Shown in pieces: positions 37,322 through 49,300 of a stretch of 64,000 nucleotides of DNA. The stretch covers positions 16,038 through 80,037 of the forward strand of contig JAUCBJ010002904.1 of the NCBI GenBank assembly GCA_032718475.1, read 5' to 3'. The notes below the pieces were generated by a model. The model did not search any database. It saw only the letters and a list, made by a program, of their open reading frames with translations, and was not told where the DNA came from. The translations under genes and the position numbers were made by a program. Position 1 is the first letter of the stretch. Every line of letters begins with the position of its first letter. Source of the stretch: Nemertoderma westbladi. Lineage: Eukaryota; Animalia; Xenacoelomorpha.

Positions 37322-40300
37322 TCAGATTCCTACGTTGGAAGTTGGTGCTTTCCAAGATGGTTGTCGGTCAGGAATAGTTAGGGGGAGCTCACTATCGGTT
37401 TCCTTCTCATACGTAAGTGCTTGATACACTGCGGTGTTTATTAGGTAACAGGATTCGTTTTCGTCGGAGAATTCATCCGTATAGAATCCTTCCATCTCAG
37501 AACTTTGGTCAGTGTCGTTCATATCACTGAATTGGACATGTGGTTCGGACTCACTTACCTGACTCAGGCTGTTTCTTTCGAATTCAGTGTGCAACAAGAT
37601 ATGATGTTTTGCGCCGCACTTTGCACACCTTGCGTCGGAGTAACAGGTTCGCCGTTGGTGTCCTTGTCTGAGGCAATTATAACACAACCGCTTATCCCAC
37701 ATGACTTCACATCTATCTTTTAATGATTTCTTTAGGAATTCATCACACACACTCAAACAGTGGGGCCCGTCACACAGCGCACATTTCGGTTTGATGTTAC
37801 TTACCTTACTTTGGGTAACGTTGTGCACACTCGTTCTTTCCTCGGGCTTTCTTCCGTGAATTCTCTTAGGAGACGTAGGAGGAGTTTTTCTTACCTGTTC
37901 TCTCCTGTCATTAGTTCGAGACTTAAATTTACTTACGTCTTTAGACGCTTTGTTGACATAGTAAGATCTTTCAGTGTCTTTCCCGCTGTCCTCTTCTTGA
38001 GAAGCCTGGCTTTCGCCGTCGTCTGTATAACACACTGGTGTTACCTTTCTCCTAGAAACGGGTTTCTCACTTACCTTATTTTCTGGTGTCTTCTCTCTAG
38101 ACTGCTTTAGGAGCTGTAATTTTACCTCTCCATCTAAGAATGACATGAGATCAGCCATGGTAGGGTCTCGTCGTTGTTGTTCCATCATATATAAGACTTT
38201 CTTGTCCCAGCGTGTACCTACTCCACCCTTTGTTAAAGTAGAGGCCACGGCTCCAATAACCATAGAACTCTGATACTCATGAGACTTACCTAGCCAATCT
38301 AATTGTCTACAAATCTCCTGGATCTCATTGGAAAATTCTATAATCCCGGTGCTAAGAAACTTTCGTGGTGCTACTAATTTCGCATACAAATACCTAGCTA
38401 TGTTATTCCTATTACCATACCTGATGTTTAGTGTATCCCAAACTTGTCTTAATCCATCTGGATGTCCAATAAACTTTAACGCCATTAACTTGGGAGATCC
38501 TTCCAAGCACTCGATGAGGAATCTAAGTTTCTCTCCGTTAGATAGCACAGAGTTCTGTATGTTATCTTTATAATATTCATTAAAAGGTAACCATTTCATC
38601 TCATCTCCGTTGAACTTGACGATCTCTCCCACCTTTACCGCTTGACCGGCTTTGGTTCTAGCCATTTGACGCATAAAACTTTCTTGGGCCTTCGTGTTAT
38701 TTAATATCGAGTTATCGGTATATAAATTTCTCGGATTATGATCAGGTCTATATGGAATATCATTGTCAACAGGTTTATAATTACCCTTAAGAGGGTTTAT
38801 TATAGGAGTTTCTACTTCACTAGCAGTATAGATGCGTGTAGGCTCCACACCTTGCGCATGAAATACTTCAGACCTGACAGGTTGACACATTGTTACAGAG
38901 GGTGGTGGTATACCCCTTTGTAGATTTACTAACTTATCGCGTTCTAACGCGATACTCTGCTGCACTTCCTGCAATTCTAACCTACTCTCTCTTACTGTTC
39001 CCCTTAACTGTTGAACAGTCCCCTCCAACTCTCGGACCTGCTGGGAGGAGCGTGTCTGATTCTCCTCCATCTGCCCGAGGAGAATATCCATCCCCCGCCG
39101 TCGCTCATCCACCCACTCTACCACCGAAGCGGGAGCTGCCAACATAGTAGCGGGCAGACGAGGGACGACGGGCGATAAATCTTTAATGTCTCGCTCGGCG
39201 TCCAGGACATGAATTGTCTCAGGGACTGTTCTACTGGGCACAGGTAGTTTAGTACTGTGCAAAGGGAATTTAGAGGTAGGTTCTGGGAGTACAGTTGTCT
39301 CTATCACCGAAGGGGTGGCTTCGAGAACAGGCCTGATTATTTCAGGCTCATCTACTATAGTAGGGAGTCTTTCTACTCTAATAATTTGGTCTGTGGGTTC
39401 TGTACAACCTAAGTCTGTGCTAGCTAGTTGCCTTCTCACGGCTGGGGGCAAATTAGGCAATTTCTGACGGTGGGGCGTTCTTCTACGCCTGCTGAGACGA
39501 GATCTATTTCCTCCGCCTTCAGGATCTGTTGTATCGCCTTCATCAGATGATGTAAATCCCTGTCGCTTGGGAGTAGATAGACTTATCATCTGCCACTGAC
39601 TAGCTGTTCTCTGTTTATCTATGTAGTCTTGCTTCTCTAGAAGATTTTCCAACTCTAGTTGGGTGGTCTCTTCAGACGCCCTCCGTTCTGCTTCTGCCAC
39701 TGCTACCTTTCTTTCCGCTTCTGCTGCTTTTCTTTCCACTTCTGCTGCTGCAACTGCCGCTTTTCTTTCCACTTCGGCCGCTTTTCTTTCCGCTTCGGCC
39801 GCTTTTCTTTCCGCTTCTGCCGCTGTCATTGCCGCTTTCCTTTCCACTTCTGCTGCCTTTCTTTCCGCTTCTGCCTCTGCCGCTGCCGATGCTGCTGTCT
39901 TTCTGTCTTCTATACGTTTTTTCTTTACTTGTTCTTCTTGAACCCTAGCGATGCGGCTGCTTTCATCAAATTTAGCTTGGTTCGCAGCTAACATTTCCGC
40001 ATCTATTGCGTCCAACACAAACTTGGCTCCTTCACTATTAGGACGAAGTCCAGCAAGCTGTCTCCTCAATTCTTCGTCACCTAGAAATCATTGATAGTCC
40101 GACAGATAGAGGTCAATAGCGTCCTTCTTCTGAGGTTTCTCTGCTGTCGCTTCGCTTTCCACTTGAGAAAAGGTAGCGTCTGTTGATTCTCCGTGGGTTG
40201 AGCGCTCAGCTAGCTGAAATTTCCACTGGGCCATTCCTTGAACTTTGAGACCCACCCGCTGGAACCAAGTCTTTACGGCAACTTGCAACGACGTGTCTTG

Positions 40301-41077
40301 GCTTCTTTTCGAAGCTTCCTCAAAGGCCGATAGGATTAGTCTGATTCTTAGAATTCTTTCTCGAACTTGATAAAGCAGCTCTCCCTGCTCTTGAGGTCCT
40401 TGGGGTTGTTGAAACAGTTGTTCCTCTAATCGCTCCAAAGAGCTGAAGAATCCCTGTACATATCCTGCTGCCGACCTCTTCCACACAGCTGGATCTCTAG
40501 TGTCCCTTACCACTCCCATCCTGTATAAGTCCTCCCAGGCAGCTTCCGATAAGTTAAACGGGAGTCCGGGTCTCGGGAAATTCCATTGCGTCTCGACAAT
40601 AGACTTCAGTTCCTCCTTTGTGTATCCCGCATAACTGTCCTTGGTCGATCGCTTACTTCTCGCCCAATCCATTTGATGTTCCTCCACCGCAATCAATACT
40701 CTAGTGAGTACGGCTTCAGGAAGAATGAGAAGTGGATCCGAATAAACTACTTCGGCCATCTTTGCTCCGCGCTCGGGTGTCAACTCTACAGTATCTGAAC
40801 TACTGGAGCTATCGGGCCGCTGAGAAATAAGTTCTCGGCTCGAGTGTTGCTGTTGTTTAACAGCTGCCTCTTGGTCCCGCTTGACTTGAGCCCGAGTGCC
40901 TATGATAGAGCTACGGTGTTTGACTAGCCTAGGGTCTGATACTACTACTGGAGGGATGACCTTTCTTACAGTAGGCGGGGAGTTGAACTTCGGTCTCAAA
41001 CGTTCCGCACTCCTATCTGGATCACAGATTGTTGTATCTAGGAGACTGTCTGACAGATTTTGCTTTGTGTCAGCCAT
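37322..41077 (-). pseudogene. BEL gag with long N-terminal extension, in-frame TGA at 40088-40090 and 37322-37324
   Basis: FNGDEMKW...LSNGEKLRFL...L..RYG and the triple knuckle CALC..PH...C, CYNCL..GH...C, CAKC...HH.LLH. The three ORFs from 41077 to 34394 share one frame. Confidence 0.9.
39690..39900 (-). repeat. Coding 21-bp-based repeat (AEAERKA, predicted coiled coil) in gag
   Basis: Repeated AEAERKA/AEVERKA in ORF 37322-40069. Confidence 0.8.
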
Positions 41078-41224
41078 GTTTGTTTGTACAGTTGAATACT
41101 TACTGCTAGAACTACAGTTAAAGCAAGTCTAGTAATTCAGTATCAACTACAAGCCTAGTAATTAATTACCGATACCGTTACTCAGTGTAACGTGTTATAT
41201 ATACAATATATTAGAATACCGGTA

Positions 41225-41472
41225 TACACTTATAGTATATATAAGTATTATTACGGACTAGGTTTCTTCACAGGATACCGGTATATAATTTCAGCGCAAA
41301 TATATATAAATATATAATAAGCCTACTGTGAATACCAGTATACAGCTTAGCTTACACTTATAGTATATATAAGTATAATTATAGACATAAAATTAATTAC
41401 AGAATACCGGTATATAATTTCAGCTTAAATTTATAGAAATAAATATAATAAGCCTATCGTAAATACCGGTAT
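41225..41472. repeat. Tandem duplication of about 128 bp in the BEL leader
   Basis: TACACTTATAGTATATATAAGTA...ATACCGGTATATAATTTCAGC...ATAATAAGCCTA occurs twice. Confidence 0.75.
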
Positions 41473-42516
41473 GTTAATTATTTTATAATAACTGAATTTC
41501 TGAATTTTAGGGTTACCTTTCTTTACTTTGTTACTGTTATTAAGCAGTAGTCCAACTGATATTAAGACCTAATTGATGGATGACAGGCCTACTATTTTAT
41601 AAATCGGTTTGAGTTGATTTATAATATATATATACCCGTTTAATGGGTTTTGTTACAATATTTGAAATAAATGTTATTATTTCTAGGCAAGGAGTCACTT
41701 TACAGAAGCTGAACGCTCTCAGTGTAGTGCTACTTATTGGACACTAAAACAAATAATTCTAATTTACTAAGTTACTTATTACTTACTACAAATTACGTAC
41801 AATTAAGGGGTGAGATTACAATCTCTAAATAAACACAAAAATTACACGTACAAATTTTAGGGTAATTTTACAGGAAATTTACAAACCAGCCTAACAAGGG
41901 GTTAGAATTTCTGGTTATTACAACGGACAAGATACTATGGTATTTGAAAATAATTAAGCAGTAGTAAATATATTGCATTGTCTAGATAAGAAAATACCAC
42001 CGTCTGACGACTTATAGTCTCTAGCTTACAGCTCTATAAGTACTACGTTATGTACCCGGAGTGTTCCTACCTAGAAGTTAATTACCGCAGCCAATGGGGG
42101 GGGATTTACCTTACAGCACTGGATGCCCCCACGTTCCTAACTAGTACTTTATCAGACATACACTCTACACACACTGCAATCTCTTCAGACCTAACAACAG
42201 TCAGACAACAATCCAGCCTACAAATTACTTGTACAATCTGAGCAGGCTTACACGCCTTCTGCTCAATATTAACTTACAGATAAATAAAACTGACAGAAAT
42301 AAGTAAAATACCAATAAAAAACCAGGGCTGCAGTCCCTGATTAAATATCAAGACCTACTGGTATATAATTATCAAAATCGAATAATACTGATGTACCTGT
42401 ACTGCTGTAAGTACCGGTTCGGGTGGTTAGGTAGTTAGGCCTACTGGTTACCAGTCGACCGGTACTTTTCGACTTTATTGCCTACGTTGCAATAAAGAAA
42501 CTACAATAACTGTTAT

Positions 42517-43718
42517 TGTTCACGCTTTTAGACCTTTAGCAGTTTAACCCGCTAATTTTAGCTGTCTTCTAGTTTGTAAATCGACTTTAGCCTATAACAA
42601 GTATTTGTTGCATAAGATATAAAGTTACACTAGCCGAAGCCAGCCTATGCGCGACCATTCACCCACAGTTAAGGGAGACTGGATTCGGAGGCTCTGACCT
42701 TATTGCGGTGTAGACTTACTGTACTATTCGATTGATCGTTAATATATAATCTCTGACAAATATTATTTACTTTCGGGAAATATTAACAGTTCCTTTAGGA
42801 CGTGGCGTTCTAATTATGTAAACAGAGTTATGACTTACACTAAACACAACGGGATGGCTAATGATTTTCGTATAAAGCGCATTCTTTAGGAAATGCTTTG
42901 TTATCTGTCACACTCATGCACACTACCGCACACTGCTGCACACTGATCTGCCGACCTTCACTAAATTTGATCATATATAAAGAGAATAGCAACCGACACA
43001 TGTAGGGATTATGAAATAGCATTCAATTCACTCCAAAACCACTATAATGTAAGTCGCAATTGCTACAGGTAACCGGTCTCTCTAACCTTCAGTATATCAA
43101 GAAGATTGGGGTTTTGTGATTATTTATCGATATTCTCCAAATATAACAACATATCCATCAACTTCTAACAATTAATAACCGACAGTAAATAGCAGTAAAA
43201 TAATGCGGTGAAAGGTATGTATAGTAAGATATGGGCTGATATGCTATGCTGTGCTGAGCCGTGTTGCGATAACAGTTATACGTTTCTATAATCAAAGCCG
43301 TCGAATGTTTGGCTAAAGTCTGAAACTAAGAATAATTCCAAAGCCGATGTTCTGGGCTCAGGAAAAAGGTAAACAAAGACCGTCTGCATTGCGCGATTTC
43401 CCGTAGGCTTCTGTACAAATAAAATGAAAATCGCTCTGATTGGTCGAGTGAGCTGAACAAAGAGAGTTAAAAGCTCCACATCGACATCAAAATCAGCTGA
43501 TAGATTTCGTCATCTAAGCCACACTGTATTAAGAGTATTTTGGCGTATTGCGGCATAAAATGGCTTGTTATGTCCGCTAAAGTACACATACAGAAAAATG
43601 GCTTTTTATGTCCACTAAAACACCTACACAGTAAGAAAACGGCTTTTTATGACCGCTAAAACACCTACAAAGTACTTTGCGGGATAAATGACTAGTTATA
43701 TCCGCAAAAGCCTTTACA
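42517..43718 (-). repeat. BEL 5' LTR (1202 bp)
   Basis: Repeat of 13351-14525 with an extra 30 bp within short U3 repeats of type GGCTTTTTATGTCCGCTAAA. Confidence 0.95.
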
Positions 43719-43723
43719 CTTGA

Positions 43724-44502
43724 TGACATACAAACAGGACCGTATTCAAGTGAAGCAGCAACGAAGGCAGGGCTTCTTTATAATGCAGTTTTGAAGCCTG
43801 ATTTTATAATAGCATTGGCGACGATGGAGCGTACTTCATCCTTAGTTCTCCCACTTTCGAAGGCCCTACAATCCATCAACCAAGATCTGTTGCAAATGAA
43901 TTGGTAACTGAAGTGATCCAAGTTCTGAAGGATGACCGAATAGATGCAGCGAATGAGTTTAATAATGTTGTGTTTCGTAAGGCAAAGACCCTTTGTGATC
44001 AATTTAGTGTTGATATATCGATTCCCAGAAGAGCAGGACGACAGACACATCGTTCAATCTATTCCACTTCCAGCCCAGAGGAGTTCTTTCGTCTTGCTAT
44101 ATTTAACCCATACTTGGATTATTTAATTCAAGAATTAACTTCACGCTTCAAGGACCAACAGGAGCGTTGTGGTTTCCTCTGGTGTATCCTACCTCATAAG
44201 CTTATAGATAGCTATAATGTAGACAGTATTAAGAAAGTTATGGACGTATATAAAGAAGATATTGACTCCCTGGTAAAACTAATCCAATCGTTTGCTGCAT
44301 GCCACAGTAGAAGAATGGATTTCGTCCTATAATGATGTTGATTTGTTTGAATATTGTATACCTAATGAATGTTAGTTTGTTAGTGAATAATTTAGTTGAA
44401 TGTTAGTTGAATTATTCAATAACTTTTTAAATTTTCCCGCTTCCACTTGAGCTCCCCCCCCCCCCCCCCCCCCCCCTTAACCAAATTCTGGCTGCGCCGT
44501 TG
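43724..44502 (+). pseudogene. hAT transposase fragment 3 and the element's right terminus
   Basis: KAGLL...DFIIAL...LSKALQ, then PRRAGRQTHR...EEFFRLAIFNPYLDYLIQELTSRF. It ends in a poly-C run and a TIR-like AAATTCTGGCTGCGCCGTTG. Confidence 0.8.
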
Positions 44503-44823
44503 TTCTAATTAGAAAACTAAGCAAATGACCAGCTTGAAGGCCGTAGACCCTTAATATCAGGCATCGAGCAGCCAATGAGAGAGCAGATGCGAGTACAGTG
44601 GTAAAGCCCATCCACGGTGTGATAACGTCACACTAACTCTCAAGGATAGTTATACTCAACATTCAAATATCCCTCGCAATCCAGACTCCCCCAGCATCTA
44701 AAGCATTCCACTTCAATGCAAAATATATAGAGCTTTAGTTGGATTTGAACCTGTGCTTGCAAACTCTTTTGTGTTCGTATATTGTAATTTATTGTTCATA
44801 TAATGCAATATAGCTCGGCTATT

Positions 44824-45133
44824 TAGTCTGTGCCTCAGTGATGCATAGTCTGTGCCTCAGTGATGCATAGTCTGTGCCTCAGTGAGGCATAGTCTGTGCC
44901 CCAGTGAGGCATAGTCTATGCCTCAGTGAGGCATAGTCTGTGCCTCTGTGAGGCATAGTTTGTGCCTCAGTGCCTCAGCGAGGCATAGTCTGTGCCTCAG
45001 TGAAGCATAGTCTGTGCCTCAGGGAGGCATAGTCTGTGCCTCAGGGAGGCATAGTCTGTGCCTCAGAGAGGCATAGTCTGTGCCTCAGTGAGGCATAGTC
45101 TGTGCCTCAGTGAGGCATAGTCTGTGTCTCAGT
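44824..45133. repeat. 22-bp palindromic minisatellite, about 14 copies
   Basis: Unit TAGTCTGTGCCTCAGTGAGGCA containing the inverted repeat TGCCTCA-G-TGAGGCA. Confidence 0.92.
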
Positions 45134-45224
45134 CCTAAAACTCGAGACTCTAGGAGTGCCTCAGGTCTTAAATGGGAGTCTTACAAATTCGAACGTCAAC
45201 TAACAAATTCGAACGTTACTGTTC

Positions 45225-45300
45225 AAGCTTGGTGTAGTGGTTGCGTTGAATTCACATCTCCCATAGGTCATGGGTTCGATCCCCGCATGGACCAGGGTAG
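45225..45300 (+). mobile_element. tRNA-derived SINE head (Pol III A and B boxes)
   Basis: TGGTGTAGTGG (45230-45240) and GGTTCGATCCC (45273-45283) at tRNA-like spacing. No convincing cloverleaf. Confidence 0.55.
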
Positions 45301-46340
45301 TTTTCGTTCAGTCAGCAATAGGCCTAGCTATACAAAATGTAGTATTATTGCCTAGTAACCAATTCATGGGTACTGTATGGTTTTCACTTTGAGACATTTC
45401 GCCCTCTAGCTGCAGACTGGGGAACTTCAGACTACTCTGTGACTTCGCAAAAGATAAAGCCTATATTGTAATAGATGCCGACTGGGGGGACAAAATTAAG
45501 TAATAATATATCTAATGAAGTCTCAAACATCTTGCCTCATGGCTCGCCCCTCAGAACTCTTAAGCAATATAGCTTCCTAGTCTTGCGGATTGTAAATAAC
45601 AAAGTTAGAGAAGATGTTAATTTTCAAATAATACGCCCTCTAGCGGCAGACTATGGAACTGCAGACGGCTGGATATAGGTAAGAGTAATTAGTAATCAGA
45701 GGTGTCACGAGAGGGGGTGGGCCGCTTGGATGCATCTATTATTAAAAACCTGTTGCTTGGTTAAAGCTAATTGGGGGTCAAAGGTCAATGATAAAGCTGT
45801 CTGGATATAGATAAGAGTAATTAGTTATCGGTAAGGGAGCTGTATACCCTAGGGCTAAGTATAGCGAGATTAAAGTCATTGAGGTTATTTAGAAAGTAAT
45901 AATAAAACTAATAATAATAAAACTAGTTATTGGTAAATCTAAAATAAAATACAAATAGATAAATTAAAATTAAATACAAACAATTAATTAAAATTAAGTA
46001 CAAATAAATAAAAGAGCCGCGGTGTCACTTATGACACCCTTTGGTCCTCTTTGCGACAGTTAGACAACACAAACACCATTGCATATCGGATTGATTAATT
46101 AGGGTAATCAATTAAACCCTAATTAGGAGTCGTAAGACACCTACCTATTAGGGTTTAATTGTACTAATTAATTGATGACACCTGTCAATTAGGGTCTAAT
46201 TAGCCTAATTATGAGGTGTCACCCAGACAGTCTGGCGCCAATGAAACCCAATGACACTGGGTGATATTGGGTGTCACCCAGACAGTCTGGCGCCAGTCCG
46301 TGTGGTCTAACTGTCGCAAAGCCGCCCAAACCTCTACTAC

Positions 46341-49300
46341 TGTGATCATATCGCCAGCCTCCCTGAATGTGATCATATCGCCAGCCTCCTTGAACGTGAT
46401 CATATCGCCAGCCTCCCTGAATCAGAGCTTTGCTGAATCAGATCACATCGCCAGCTTCCTTGAATGAGATCATATCTCCAGCCTCTCTGAATGTGATCAT
46501 ATCGCCAGCTTTGCTGAATCAGATCATATCGCCAGTCTCCCTGAATGAGATCATATCGCCAGCTTTGCTGAATCAGATCATATCGCCAGCCTCTCTGAAT
46601 GTGATCATATCGCCAGCCTCTCTGAATGTGATCATATCGCCCGCCTCCCTGAATGTGATCATATCGCCAGCCTCCTTGAACGTGATCATATCGCCAGCCT
46701 CCCTGAATCAGAGCTTTGCTGAATCAGATCATATCGCCAGCTTCCTTGAATGAGATCATATCACCAGTCTCTCTGAATGTGATCATATATCCAGCCTCTC
46801 TGAATGTGATCATATCGCCAGTCTCCCTGAATGAGATCATATCGACAGCTTTGCTGAATCAGATCATATCGCCAGCCTCTCTGAATGAGATCATATCTCC
46901 AGTCTCCCTGAATGTGATCATATCTCCAGCCTCTCTGAATGTGATCATATCGCCAGTCTCCCTGAATGTGATCATATCGCCAGCCTTGCTGAATCAGATT
47001 ATATCGCCAGCCTTCCTGAATGAGATCATATCTCCAGCCTCCCTCAATGTGATCACATGTCCTGCCTCCCTGAATGTGATCATATCTCCAGCCTCCCTGA
47101 ATGGATCATATCTCCTGCCTCTCTGAATGTGATCATATCGCCAGTCTCCCTGAATGTGATCATATCTCCAGCCTCTCTGAATGTGATCATATCGCCAGTC
47201 TCCCTGAATGTGATCATATCGCCAGCTTTGCTGAATCAGATTATATCGCCAGCCTTCCTGAATGAGATCATATCTCCAGCCTCCCTCAATGTGATCACAT
47301 GTCCTGCCTCCCTGAATGTGATCATATCTCCAGCCTCCCTGAATGGATCATATCTCCAGTCTCCCTGAATGTGATCATATCACCAGTCTCCCTGAATGTG
47401 ATCATATCGCCATCCTCCCTGAATCAGATCATATCACCAGTCTCCCTGAATGTGATCATATCGTCAGTCTCCCTGAATGTGATAATATTGTCAGCCTCTA
47501 TGAATGTGATTATATCGCCAGTCTCCCTGAATGTGATCATATCTCCAGCCTCCCTGAATGTAATCATATCACCAGTCTCCCTGAATGTGATCATATCGCC
47601 AGTCTCACTGAATCAGATCATATCGCCAGCCTCCATGAATGTGATCATATCGCCAGCCTCATCGCCAGCCTCCCTGAATGTGATCATATCACCAGTCTCC
47701 CTGAATGTGATCATATCGCCAGCTTTGCTGAATCAGATCATATCGCCAGCCTCCCTGAATCAGATCATATCGCCAGCCTCCCTGAATTTGATCATATCGC
47801 CAGTCTCCCTGAATGTGATCATATCGCCAGTCTCCCTGAATATGATCATATCGCCACTCTCCCTGAATGTGATCATATCGTCAGCTTCTATGAATGTTAT
47901 CATATCGCCAGCTTTGCTGAATCAGAACATATCACCAGTCTCCCTGAATGTGATCATATCTCCTGCCTCTCTGAATGTGATCATATCGCCAGTTTCTCTG
48001 AATGTGATCATATCACCAGCCTCTCTGAATGTGATTTTATCGCCAGCTTTGCTAAATCAGATCATATCGCCAGCCTCTCTGAATTTGATCATATCGCCAG
48101 CCTCTCTGAATTTGATCATATCGCCAGCCTCTATGAATTTGATCATATCGCCAGCCTCCTTGAATGAGATCATATCGCCAGCCTCCTTGAATGAGATCAT
48201 ATCACCAGTCAGTTTCCCTGAATGTGATCATATCGCCAGTCTCCCTGAATGTGATCATATCGCAAGCTTTGCTGAATCAGATCATATCACCAGCTTTGCT
48301 GAATCAGATCATATCGCCAGCCTCTCTGAATTTGATCATATCGCCAGCCTCTCTGAATTTGATCATATCGCCAGCCTCCTTGAATGAGATCATATCTCCT
48401 GCCTCTCTTAATGTGATCATATCGCCAGTCTCCCTGAATGTGATCATATCGCCAGTCTCCTTGAAATTGATCATATAAACAGTCTCCCTGAATGTGATCA
48501 TATCGCAAGCTTTGCTGAATCAGATCATATCACCAGCTTTACTGAATCAGATCATATCTCCTGCCTCTCTGAATGTGATCATATCGACAGTCTCCCTGAA
48601 TGTGATCATATCACCAGCCTCTCTGAATGTGATCATATCGCCAGCTTTGCTGAATCAGATCATATCGCCAGCCTCTCTGAATTTGATCATATCACCAGCC
48701 TCTCTGAATGTGATCATATCGCCAGTCTCTCTGAATGTGATCATATCGCAAGCTTTTCTGAATCAGATCATATCACCAGCTTTACTGAATCAGATCATAT
48801 CACCTGCCTCTCTGAATGTGATCATATCGCCAGTCTCCCTGAATGTGATCATATCACCAGCCTCTCTGAATGTGATCATATCGCCAGCTTTGCTGAATCA
48901 GATCATATCGCCATCCTCCCTGAATCAGATCATATCACCAGTCTCCCTGAGTGTGATCATATCGTCAGTCTCCCTGAATGTGATCATATCGTCAGCCTCT
49001 ATGAATGTGATTATATCGCCAGTCTCCCTGAATGTGATCATATCTCCAGCCTCCTTGAATGTGATCATATCACCAGTCTCCCTGAATGTGATCATATCGC
49101 CAGTCTCACTGAATCAGATCATATCGCCAGCCTCCCTGAATGTGATCATATCGCCAGCCTCATCTCCAGCCTCCCTGAATGTTATCATATCACCAGTCTC
49201 CCTGAATGTGATCATATCGCCAGCTTTGCTGAATCAGATCATGTCGCCAGCCTCCCTGAATCAGATCATATCGCCGGCCTCCTTGAATGTGATTATATCG

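Larger units (their letters stand above)
13351..43718 (-). mobile_element. BEL/Pao LTR retrotransposon, about 18 kb without nested inserts, with an extra ORF
   Basis: About 1.2-kb TG...CA LTRs at 13351-14525 and 42517-43718, 5-bp TSD CTTGA (13346-13350 and 43719-43723), and BEL-type gag-pol on the minus strand. Confidence 0.93.

Noticed and set aside
37310-37330. Programmed stop-codon readthrough between BEL gag and pol
   Set aside because: BEL elements normally have one ORF. A second in-frame TGA and other lesions point to mutational decay, although a family consensus is needed to be sure.
44824-45133. CRISPR array
   Set aside because: Palindromic repeats are head-to-tail with no unique spacers, no cas genes are present, and the context is eukaryotic.
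45225-45300. Functional tRNA gene
   Set aside because: A and B boxes are present but no acceptor or anticodon stems could be formed. Treated as a SINE head.
46095-46210. Telomeric TTAGGG repeats
   Set aside because: Only isolated, non-tandem copies inside inverted repeats.
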